NCBI GenBank assembly: GCA_963809345.1
Contig: CAWEJF010000006.1
Coordinates: forward strand, 21,242-85,241
DNA from: Candidatus Aminicenantes bacterium
GTDB taxonomy: Bacteria; Acidobacteriota; Aminicenantia; Aminicenantales; Saccharicenantaceae
Length of the DNA: 64,000 nt
Reading direction: 5' to 3'
Below, piece by piece: positions 1 through 7,814 of this stretch. The notes under the pieces were generated by a model. The model was not told where the DNA came from, ran no database searches, and worked only from the letters and a program-made list of their open reading frames with translations. Both the position numbers and the translations under genes were made by a program. Position 1 is the first letter of the stretch; the number at the start of each line of letters is the position of its first letter.

Positions 1-2
1 GG

Positions 3-89
3 AATTTCTCCGTCCTCGCCCAGAACGAGCCCGATTTCGAGGCTCTCTGGGAAGACAAGAAGTTCAAGCTGATCACCAAGCTCGTATGA
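3..89 (+). CDS. 3' end of a CDS entering from the left edge (probable TPR-protein C-terminal tail)
   Basis: Frame from position 3 reads NFSVLAQNEPDFEALWEDKKFKLITKLV* with host-like codons. EPDFEALWEDKKF resembles the DPDFxxLRxDxRF end motif of TPR proteins. Confidence 0.5.
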   Translation, partial: NFSVLAQNEPDFEALWEDKKFKLITKLV

Positions 90-168
90 AACGAAAAACG
101 GCCGGCCCCGAGGGTGCGGGCCAGGAGGGGACACGGGTGTGGCCAGCGAAGGGCGGGAGGGGGAAGCC

Positions 169-564
169 ATGAAACGCAGCGATATCCGCACGTACTTCAA
201 GAACGGCCGGGCCGTCGTCTCGGCCGAGACCTACGCCATCGTCAAGACGAAACGGGCGCTGGTCAACGCGTTCGCCGTCATCAAGGACGACCGCGAGACG
301 ACCTGCGTCATCGACGAGTCCAAGCTCGGCTCGCAGAAGTTCCTGGGCTTCGAGGGCGACTGGCGGATGATCACCTTCGACATGGTCCTGCCGCTCAGCC
401 TGGTCGGTTTCTTCGCCGCGGTCTCCGGGGCCCTGGCCGACGCCGGGGTCAACCTCTTCACCCTTTCGGCGTACACGACGGACCACGTCTTCGTGAAGGG
501 TCAGAAGCTCGATACCGCCGTGAAGTCGCTCGAGAAACTGGGCATGTCCGTCCGGAAGCTCTGA
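169..564 (+). CDS. ACT domain-containing protein (ACT_7/CASTOR-like)
   Basis: Motif ITFDMVLPLSLVGFFAAVSGALADAGVNLFTLSAYTTDHVFV; GGAGG precedes ATG 169. Confidence 0.85.
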   Translation: MKRSDIRTYFKNGRAVVSAETYAIVKTKRALVNAFAVIKDDRETTCVIDESKLGSQKFLGFEGDWRMITFDMVLPLSLVGFFAAVSGALADAGVNLFTLSAYTTDHVFVKGQKLDTAVKSLEKLGMSVRKL

Positions 565-601
565 GCCACGGCGGCCGGGCGCCCGGACAAAGGAGTCTCC
601 C

Positions 602-1555
602 ATGCCGGTCGTCGTCCCCCTCGCCGAGATCAAGAAGGCCCTGGCCGCGATCGATCCCCTGCCGCTCATCGAGGCGGGCTTCGTCGCCTACTCGCGCGGC
701 CGGGCCGTCGTCCCGCCGGTCGGGGAGCTCGTCTTCGACGACCCGCCCGGCGACGTCCACATCAAGTACGGCTACATCAAGGGCGGCGACGTCTATGTCA
801 TCAAGATCGCCTCGGGCTTCGTCGACAACCCGAAGCGGGGGCTCCCGTCCGGCGACGGCCTCATGCTTGTCTTCGATCAGAAGACCGGCCGGCTCGAAGC
901 CCTCCTGCTCGACGAGGGCTATTTGACGAACCTGCGGACGGCCGTGGCCGGCGCCATCGTCGCGAAATACCTGGCTCCGCAGGAGGTGACGGCCGCGGGC
1001 ATTATCGGCGCGGGCGTCCAGGGCCGCATGCAGCTCGAGTGGCTCCGCCGCGTGCGCGCATTCGATGAGGCGGTCGTCTGGGGCATCGACGAGCGGGAGT
1101 TGGCCGCCTACCGCCACGACATGGAGCGGCCCGGCCTGAACGTGCGGACGACGCTCCGGGCCGAGGACGTGGCCGCGGCCGCCAACCTCATCGTGACGTG
1201 CACCCCGTCGATCCGGCCGCTGCTCAAGGCCGAGTGGATCCGCCCGGGAACACACATCACCGCGATGGGTTCCGACACGGCCGAAAAGCAGGAGCTCGAC
1301 CCGGCCATCCTGGCCCGTGCCGACCGTGTCGTCGTCGACAGTCTGAGCCAGTCGGAGCTGCGGGGGGAGGTCTACAGGGCTGTCGCTGCTGGGGCGATCG
1401 GGAGGGAGAGCCTCGTCGAGCTGGGCCGCGTCATCGAGGACCCCGCTCTCCGGCGCGCCTCCGAAGGCGAGATCACCGTGGCCGACCTGACCGGCGTCGC
1501 TGTCCAGGACATCATGATCAGCCAGGCCGTCTGGACGGCTGTCAAGACGCGCTAA
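602..1555 (+). CDS. Ornithine cyclodeaminase / mu-crystallin family protein
   Basis: Motifs HIKYG, LTNLRTAVAG, Rossmann GAGVQG, GSD..KQELD and DLTGVAVQD; AAGGAG SD. Confidence 0.92.
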   Translation: MPVVVPLAEIKKALAAIDPLPLIEAGFVAYSRGRAVVPPVGELVFDDPPGDVHIKYGYIKGGDVYVIKIASGFVDNPKRGLPSGDGLMLVFDQKTGRLEALLLDEGYLTNLRTAVAGAIVAKYLAPQEVTAAGIIGAGVQGRMQLEWLRRVRAFDEAVVWGIDERELAAYRHDMERPGLNVRTTLRAEDVAAAANLIVTCTPSIRPLLKAEWIRPGTHITAMGSDTAEKQELDPAILARADRVVVDSLSQSELRGEVYRAVAAGAIGRESLVELGRVIEDPALRRASEGEITVADLTGVAVQDIMISQAVWTAVKTR

Positions 1556-1695
1556 CGGCCCGTCCCGACCCCCATCACCTCGAGCAGGAGCTCCGCCCCG
1601 GCGAACTTCTCGATCACCCAAAGCCCATAGCGGATGTCGACGCCGATCGAGCGGGAATAATCGGGGCTCCAGGCCTCGGGTCCGGCATCACCGCA

Positions 1696-2805
1696 TCAGA
1701 GGTACTTGCGGATGACGCCGTCCATCGCGGCCATCTGGCTCTCCATCTCGGCGACCATCTTGAACTGGGTCCGGGCCCGGTCGAGGTTGTGGCCCGGGCG
1801 ATGGATCTTGAAGTAGACGTCGCCCTTGAGATGGTCAGTGAGGAAGCGGATGCCGCACTCGAGGGTCAGGAGCTTGGCCGAGAATGCCAGCAGGTCCGTC
1901 TCCGCGGGGACGAGGAAGCCCCGGGCCGCGTCGAGGTAGCCGGCGGCCAGCCGGTCGAACATCCCGATGTCGAAGCCGACCTTGGCGAGGTCCGGCTCGT
2001 CCTCGGCGGCGGTGGCCGCCCCGAGCCGGACCGAGTCGCCGAAGTCGTAGAGGACCGAGCCCGGCATGACGGTGTCGAGGTCGATGACGCAGATGCCATC
2101 GCCGGTGCGGTTGTCGATCATGACGTTGTTGAGCTTTGTGTCGTTGTGCGTGACCCGCTCGGGGATGAGGCCGGAGCCCAACCCGTCGACGACGACCCCG
2201 GTGTCCTTCTCGCGGGCCAGGACGAAATCGATCTCGGGCCTGACCGCCGCGGCTCGCTGGACGGGGTCGAACTCGACCGACGCGAGGAAGACGTCGTAGC
2301 GCTTGCGGGTGTGGTGGAAGTCGGGGATCGTCTCGTGGAGCCGCCCGCCGGGCAGGCGGGCCAGCATCTTCTGGAAATTCCCGAAGGCCTTGGAGGCCGA
2401 GTAGACGTGGCGGAGGTCCTCGACGCGGTCGTAGGTTCTCGCGCCGTCGATGTAGCGGAACATCCTCCAGTAGGTGCCCTCCGGCGTCCGATGGAAGGAC
2501 CTCCCATCGCGCGTCGGGACGATCGTCAGCGACTCCCTGTCGGGGTCCCCGCCGGCGGCGGCGATCTGGGCCCGGGCGAACCCCGTCACCCGCTCGATGT
2601 TCTCCATGAGCCGCTCGGGCTCGCGGAAGACGAGGTGGTTGATCCTCTGGTTGACGTACTTGACCCTACGCCCGGCGTCGTCGAACTCGGAACAGTAGGT
2701 GTCGTTGATGTGGCCGGACGGGATGGGGCAGGAGGAGACCCAGTCGCCGGGGCAATCGAACGCGGCGCAGATCCCGTCGAGCTCGGGCAACGGCTTCTTC
2801 TCCAC
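1696..2805 (-). CDS. APH-family phosphotransferase, N-acetylhexosamine 1-kinase (NahK)-like
   Basis: Motifs GHINDTY, QRINH, HNDTKLNN, CVIDLDTVMPG, YDFGDSVR and RFLTDHL.GD.YF. Confidence 0.85.
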   Translation of the reverse strand: MEKKPLPELDGICAAFDCPGDWVSSCPIPSGHINDTYCSEFDDAGRRVKYVNQRINHLVFREPERLMENIERVTGFARAQIAAAGGDPDRESLTIVPTRDGRSFHRTPEGTYWRMFRYIDGARTYDRVEDLRHVYSASKAFGNFQKMLARLPGGRLHETIPDFHHTRKRYDVFLASVEFDPVQRAAAVRPEIDFVLAREKDTGVVVDGLGSGLIPERVTHNDTKLNNVMIDNRTGDGICVIDLDTVMPGSVLYDFGDSVRLGAATAAEDEPDLAKVGFDIGMFDRLAAGYLDAARGFLVPAETDLLAFSAKLLTLECGIRFLTDHLKGDVYFKIHRPGHNLDRARTQFKMVAEMESQMAAMDGVIRKYL

Positions 2806-2878
2806 GGACGACCTCGGCTCTGGGATCCCCGGCTCTCCCGGGTCAGGCGCCCATTCTAATCAAGCGGACCCGTGCGTG

Positions 2879-4174
2879 TCAACGCGAGGGGCGGGGGCGT
2901 CCGCCGCCCCCGGGCCGGCCCGCGCCGCCCCGTCCGCCGCCGTGACCGCGGTCCCTGCCGCCGGACGGGCCGCCGCCCCTCCGCCCCGATGGCCGCCGCC
3001 GCTCGAGGTGCTGGCCGGCCAGCCTCTCCAGGCTCATGTCCCGGACGAACATGTCGGGCGTCACCGGAAACTCGGGGATCTTCTGCCCGATGAACTTCTC
3101 GATGGCCTCGAGGTGGTCGGCCGTCTTCTCGCTGGCCAGAGTGATGGCCAGGCCCGTCGCGCCGGCCCGGGCCGTCCGGCCGATGCGGTGGACGTAGTTT
3201 TCGCTGTCCTGGGGGATGTCGTAGTTGATGACCATCTCGAGGTCGTCGACATGGAGCCCCCGCGAGGCCACGTCCGTGGCCACGAGGAGAGGAAAGCGGC
3301 CGGCCATGAAATCCTCGATGATCTTCAGCCGCTCGCTCTGGGGCAGGTCGCCGCTGAGGAAGTTGGCCTTGTAACCGTTCGCTTGAAGTTGTTTCGCGAG
3401 CAGGAAGGCCGTGTGCTTCATGTTGGTGAAGATCAGGGCGTTCTTCGGCGTCCGGCGCTGGAGCAGCCCGAGGAGGAGGTTGAGCTTGATGTGGCTGCCG
3501 ACGTGGTACAGCTCCTGGGAGACCGTGTCCACGGTCAGCTGCTCGGGCGTCACTTCGATGAAGGTCGGGGCGTTGAGGTAGGCCTGGGCCACTCGCTGCG
3601 AGAGCTTGTTCAGCGTGGCGCTGAAGAGCATACTCTGGCGATGCTCCCGGTCGGGCATCTGCCGGACGATGTCGCGGAGGTCAGGCAGGAAGCCCATGTC
3701 GAAGAGGCGGTCGGCCTCGTCGATGACGAGGAAGCCACACTCCTTGAAGTCGAGGCGCTTCTTTTCGGCCAGGTCGAGAAGGCGGCCCGGCGTGCCGATG
3801 ATGATGTCCGGGCCGGCCTTGATCTGGGCCAGCTGGACGGCGTAGCCGACGCCGCCGTAAAAGCAGCCGATGTGGAGGCCGAGGGGACGGTTCAGAAGCA
3901 GCGCCTCACCTTCGATCTGGACGGCCAGCTCACGCGTCGGGACGATGATGAGCGCCTTCCTCCGGGCCGCCTTGTGATGCTTGAGCAGGTGCGAGAATAG
4001 CGTGATGAGGAAGGCGGCGGTCTTGCCCGTGCCCGTCTGGCTCTGGACGGCCACGTCCTGCCCTTTGAGCGACTTGTCCAGGGTCTTCTCCTGAACCGAG
4101 GTCAGCTCGGAGTAGCCCCTGTCTGTGATGGCCTGTTGCAGCCTGGGATCTAGGTCGAGTTCGGTAAAAAGCAT
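2879..4174 (-). CDS. DEAD-box RNA helicase (RhlB/RhlE-like) with RGG-rich tail
   Basis: Q motif, QTGTGKT, PTRELA, DEAD, SAT and HRIGRTAR; AGAAGGA SD. Confidence 0.95.
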   Translation of the reverse strand: MLFTELDLDPRLQQAITDRGYSELTSVQEKTLDKSLKGQDVAVQSQTGTGKTAAFLITLFSHLLKHHKAARRKALIIVPTRELAVQIEGEALLLNRPLGLHIGCFYGGVGYAVQLAQIKAGPDIIIGTPGRLLDLAEKKRLDFKECGFLVIDEADRLFDMGFLPDLRDIVRQMPDREHRQSMLFSATLNKLSQRVAQAYLNAPTFIEVTPEQLTVDTVSQELYHVGSHIKLNLLLGLLQRRTPKNALIFTNMKHTAFLLAKQLQANGYKANFLSGDLPQSERLKIIEDFMAGRFPLLVATDVASRGLHVDDLEMVINYDIPQDSENYVHRIGRTARAGATGLAITLASEKTADHLEAIEKFIGQKIPEFPVTPDMFVRDMSLERLAGQHLERRRPSGRRGGGPSGGRDRGHGGGRGGAGRPGGGGRPRPSR

Positions 4175-4359
4175 GTCAATTCCTTCTAGGACCGGGGGTC
4201 AGCGCCGGGGCAGTCTCCTCGGGGAGGGGGCTCTCAGGCAGGAATATTCTTCCGTGACGTCTCTGTCCGATGATCTGATCAAAAAAGTATTTTACCATAA
4301 AGGGGGACTTTCCCTCAAGAAAAAAGCCTCCGGACCCCTCTGGGGGGCCGAAATCCGCC

Positions 4360-4388
4360 TTGACAACCCCCCGACCTTGCCTTATTTT
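4360..4388 (+). promoter_or_regulatory. Sigma70-type promoter of the metallopeptidase gene (near-leaderless mRNA)
   Basis: TTGACA(4360-4365)-17 bp-TATTTT(4383-4388); ATG at 4400 has no SD. Confidence 0.6.
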
Positions 4389-4399
4389 CTCACTCTGCC

Positions 4400-5437
4400 A
4401 TGAGCGGTAAAACCATCCGTTCCCTTGTCAAAGGCTGGGAAACTGTCAGGTTCGAGCTCCTGAAGACCCGGATCTCGGCCCTCGACCTGGCCATCGAGGG
4501 GTCCCCGCTCGAACGCTTCGTCGCCCGCCTCCGCCGGGAGATGGAGGCCAAGGGGTTCCGCTTCAGACCGGAGGTCTATCTTACGGATATCTGGGGCTGC
4601 CCGGACCGGACCCCCGTCATCGGGGTCCCCTTCTACCTGGCCGATGACCGGCTGGCCCGCCTCGAGGAAGAGCAGGCCGGTGACGTCGAAGACCCGAAGA
4701 CGATCATGATGCTCCTCCGCCACGAGGCGGGGCATGCCGTTAACTACGCCTACCGTCTTTGGCGACGGCCGAGCTGGGGGGAGATCTTCGGGCCGTTCAC
4801 CAAGCCCTACCGGGACGCCTTCCGGCCGGACCGGACGAGCCGCCACTACGTCCGCCACATTGCCGCTTACCCCTACGGCCGGACCTACGCGCAGAAGCAC
4901 CCGGATGAGGACTTCGCCGAGACCTTCGCCGTCTGGCTGACGCCGCGCTCTCATTGGCGCGTGCGCTACAGGAGCTGGCCGGTCATCCGCAAGCTCCTCT
5001 ACGTCGACCGGCTGATGAAGGACATCCGCGGCACCGCGCCGGAAAGCCGCCGCGGCCGGCGCCTCCGTCCCGTCGACCGCATGAACCTCACTCTCGCCGA
5101 GCACTATGGGAAGAAGGCCGAGCGCTTCCGCCGCGATGCCCGGGGCTACGTCGACGACAGTCTCCACGACGCCTTCCCGGCCTCGCGCGGCCAGGTCCTG
5201 CGGCCGGCCGTGGCCCTGTTCAAGCGGTATCACGACCGTCTCGTCGAACGGGTCGTCCATTGGTCCGTGCTGACCCCGGCCGAGGCCGACGCCCTCCTCC
5301 GCAAGCTCGAAGCCAGGGCCGCCGCGCTCGGGCTGAGCTACCGGCCGGGGGCCGAAGGGGAGAGGCTGATGGACGTCATGTCGCTCGTCATCGCCCTGGC
5401 CCTCGATTTCGCCTACACCGGCCGGCTGACCGGCTGA
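4400..5437 (+). CDS. Putative zinc-binding metallopeptidase (Peptidase_Mx-like)
   Basis: HExxH as LLRHEAGHAVNYAY, plus a downstream HPDEDFAETFAVWL block. Confidence 0.8.
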   Translation: MSGKTIRSLVKGWETVRFELLKTRISALDLAIEGSPLERFVARLRREMEAKGFRFRPEVYLTDIWGCPDRTPVIGVPFYLADDRLARLEEEQAGDVEDPKTIMMLLRHEAGHAVNYAYRLWRRPSWGEIFGPFTKPYRDAFRPDRTSRHYVRHIAAYPYGRTYAQKHPDEDFAETFAVWLTPRSHWRVRYRSWPVIRKLLYVDRLMKDIRGTAPESRRGRRLRPVDRMNLTLAEHYGKKAERFRRDARGYVDDSLHDAFPASRGQVLRPAVALFKRYHDRLVERVVHWSVLTPAEADALLRKLEARAAALGLSYRPGAEGERLMDVMSLVIALALDFAYTGRLTG

Positions 5438-5447
5438 GACGGGCCGC

Positions 5448-6518
5448 CTAGCGGCCCAAGACCATGGCTTTCGTCGCCGAGTTGAAAATGGGGAGATGCT
5501 TGTCGTAGGGAGGGCCTTCGAAGGCGGCCTTGATGATGCAGTGCAGGAGCTGCGGGTAGGTGATCCCGGCCTGCTCCGCCGAGCGGGCCAGGCCCATGCC
5601 GCTGTCGAGACAGGGATTGCAGTTGACCTCGAGGATGACGGGCTCGCCGTTCTCGTCGAGCCGGATATCGACGCGGCCGTATCCCCAGCCGCCGACGACC
5701 CGGAAGGCCTTGACCGCAGTCTTGCCGATGAGCGCGGACATGGCCGGGTCGACCCGGGCCGGACAAATGACACCGGTCTTTTGGTATTCGACGGACGTCT
5801 CGATCCACTTGGCGGCATACGACATGATGTGCGGGATCTTTCGCGGCAGCTGCGAGTAGTCGACTTCGGCGAGCGGCAGGACCTGGACCTTGCGGCCGCC
5901 GAGGAGTCCGACGTTGAACTCCCGGCCCTGGAGAAAGTGCTGGACGAGGGCCGGCTGCTTGTAGGTCCGGAGGATCTCCCGGGCCTTCTCCTTCAGGGCC
6001 GTCTTCGTATCGACGACGGAATCCCTGTCGAGTCCGATGCCGGCGTGCTCCTGGGCGGCGTGGACGATGAGGGGGAAGGTCCACTTGTATTCGTCGATGT
6101 CCCCCAGCCGCTCGACGATGGCCGTTGACGGCGGGACGGGCAGCCCGGCGCCTTTGAGGAGGCTCAAGGACATGTACTTGTCACGGCTCAGACCCAGGCC
6201 CAGGGCGGGCGACCCGGTCATGGGGTAGCCGAGCATGCGGATGAAGGCGGCCACGCGCATCTCGTAGAGCGCGCCGTGGACGACGTCGTCGTACTGGTTG
6301 AAGACGACGTCGGGCTGGAGGCGGTCGAGCTTCCGCTGGAGGACGGACAGGTCGCCGGCGAGCGGCATGACGGCGGCCTCGTGACGGAGGCGGCGCAGGC
6401 CGCGGGCGATACCGCGGATCATCTGACGCAGGTAATGCAGGCTCCCAGTGTCGGACTTCTCGTCCGGCTGGGAGTCCGTGTAAGCGTTATAGATGAGCGC
6501 GACACGGAGCTTCTTCAT
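5448..6518 (-). CDS. ATP-grasp ligase, D-Ala-D-Ala ligase-like (divergent)
   Basis: PDVVFN, YPMTGS..LSRDK, GREFNV, SYAAKW, GYGRVDIR and LEVNCNP. The conserved PLIVK Lys is replaced by His. Confidence 0.85.
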   Translation of the reverse strand: MKKLRVALIYNAYTDSQPDEKSDTGSLHYLRQMIRGIARGLRRLRHEAAVMPLAGDLSVLQRKLDRLQPDVVFNQYDDVVHGALYEMRVAAFIRMLGYPMTGSPALGLGLSRDKYMSLSLLKGAGLPVPPSTAIVERLGDIDEYKWTFPLIVHAAQEHAGIGLDRDSVVDTKTALKEKAREILRTYKQPALVQHFLQGREFNVGLLGGRKVQVLPLAEVDYSQLPRKIPHIMSYAAKWIETSVEYQKTGVICPARVDPAMSALIGKTAVKAFRVVGGWGYGRVDIRLDENGEPVILEVNCNPCLDSGMGLARSAEQAGITYPQLLHCIIKAAFEGPPYDKHLPIFNSATKAMVLGR

Positions 6519-6593
6519 GACCCTTCCGGAAACCCTCCGGGCCTATTCTAATTTATTCCGAAAGGTTCCCGCAACCCCGCCGACGCGGGCCGG

Positions 6594-7511
6594 TCACACG
6601 TAGTTGGCGGGAGGCCGTGGGAGGCCCGCCGGATCGGACGCGGCCGGTCCCAGGAAATCGACGCCGCAGAGAGCCTCCGTAAGCCGCCAGAGGCGGAGCG
6701 CGGCTTCGGCGCTTCTCGCGTAAGGGCTGGGCTCGACCGGCCGTCCCAGCCGCCAATAATCGCTCACGATCGATGACGGGGGGTCCGCGGCCAGCCGGAC
6801 GATGGCCGAGGCAGCGTCGGCCGGGCTGATGCCCTTTTTTTCGCGGCGCAGCGAGCCGCTGCGGCCGGGCTGGCCGGAGGCATTCTCGCGGCAAGCGGTG
6901 TCGACGGACCCGAGCTCGACTCCCACGGCCCGGAGCGGGAACCGATAGGCCGCGCGCCGGTTGAGTTCCAGGGTGAAGAGGAGGAGGGCCAGTTTCGAAT
7001 GCCTGTAGGCCCGGAGGCCGCTGTATCTCCGCCGGAACATCGGGTCGTCCCAGGCCATCTCCATCCGCCGGTGCGAGCCCGAAGAGACCGTGATGACCCT
7101 GGCCTCCTCGGGCCGGATGAGCGCGGGGAACAGCTCGCGCGTCAGCACGAAGGCGGCGAGATAGTTGACGGCGAACTGGAGCTCGAAGCCGTCCTCGGTG
7201 CCGGTGTACTGGTCCACGACCGTGGCGGCGTTGTGGATGAGCCGGTCGAGCCGGCCTCCGGGGAGTCCGTCCAGGATCCCGGCCGCGGCCCGGCGTACGC
7301 TGGCCATCGACGAGAGGTCGGCGGGGGTGATCCGGACCTCGGCCCCCGGGCGGGACCCGCGGATCTCCTTTTCGGCGCGCCGGCAGGCCTCGGGAGCTCG
7401 TCCGATGCCGATGACCTCCATGCCCGCTGCGGCCAGCTGCTTTGCCGCTTCGAGCCCGATCCCCGACGACGCTTCCGTGATGACGCAGACCTTGCTTGCG
7501 GCACCTCGCAT
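6594..7511 (-). CDS. SDR family NAD(P)-dependent oxidoreductase (retinol dehydrogenase-like)
   Basis: TEASSGIG (variant of TGxxxGxG), YRHSK, FAVNYLA and TVSSGSH. Start placed at ATG 7511 after GAGAGGA. Confidence 0.85.
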   Translation of the reverse strand: MRGAASKVCVITEASSGIGLEAAKQLAAAGMEVIGIGRAPEACRRAEKEIRGSRPGAEVRITPADLSSMASVRRAAAGILDGLPGGRLDRLIHNAATVVDQYTGTEDGFELQFAVNYLAAFVLTRELFPALIRPEEARVITVSSGSHRRMEMAWDDPMFRRRYSGLRAYRHSKLALLLFTLELNRRAAYRFPLRAVGVELGSVDTACRENASGQPGRSGSLRREKKGISPADAASAIVRLAADPPSSIVSDYWRLGRPVEPSPYARSAEAALRLWRLTEALCGVDFLGPAASDPAGLPRPPANYV

Positions 7512-7711
7512 GTCGATCCGTCCTCTCATCTCCAGCTTTCTCGCGGCCCCCGGGCCATTCCGGTTTCCCATCCCCGGGGTCATGATAGACAGGCCGGCGA
7601 GGCGAGTTGTCAAGAAGATGTCAAAGTCCGGTAAAAAGTCCCTTGTGATCTATTCAGGCCGGGCATGACGGATCCGGGGCCCAGACGGCGGACTTCACCA
7701 GCCGCGCGCCC

Positions 7712-7774
7712 CTCGGGTCGAGGATCGTCCGTCACATCCAGGACGCCCACGGCGGCCGGATCGAGCTAAAATGA
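7712..7774 (+). pseudogene. Relic of a histidine kinase HATPase_c C-terminus
   Basis: LGSRIVRHIQDAHGGRIELK* matches the GLGLxIVxxIVxAHGGxI G2-box region. No start codon; in-frame stop upstream. Confidence 0.45.
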
Positions 7775-7804
7775 AGGGGGGCAGGCCGGACGGCCTGCCC
7801 CCCT
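7768..7804 (-). terminator. Intrinsic terminator downstream of the M28 peptidase gene
   Basis: Perfect stem GGGGGGCAGGCCG(7776-7788)/CGGCCTGCCCCCC(7791-7803), followed by TTCATTTT on the minus strand. Confidence 0.8.
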
Positions 7805-7814
7805 CGTCGAAAGC

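Noticed and set aside
1660-1698. Selenocysteine readthrough at the NahK TGA
   Set aside because: No convincing SECIS hairpin at the expected spacing, and the kinase domain is already complete.
4175-4290. Structured cold-shock leader of the DEAD-box helicase
   Set aside because: A long 5' UTR is plausible, but I could not identify a defined structure or motif.
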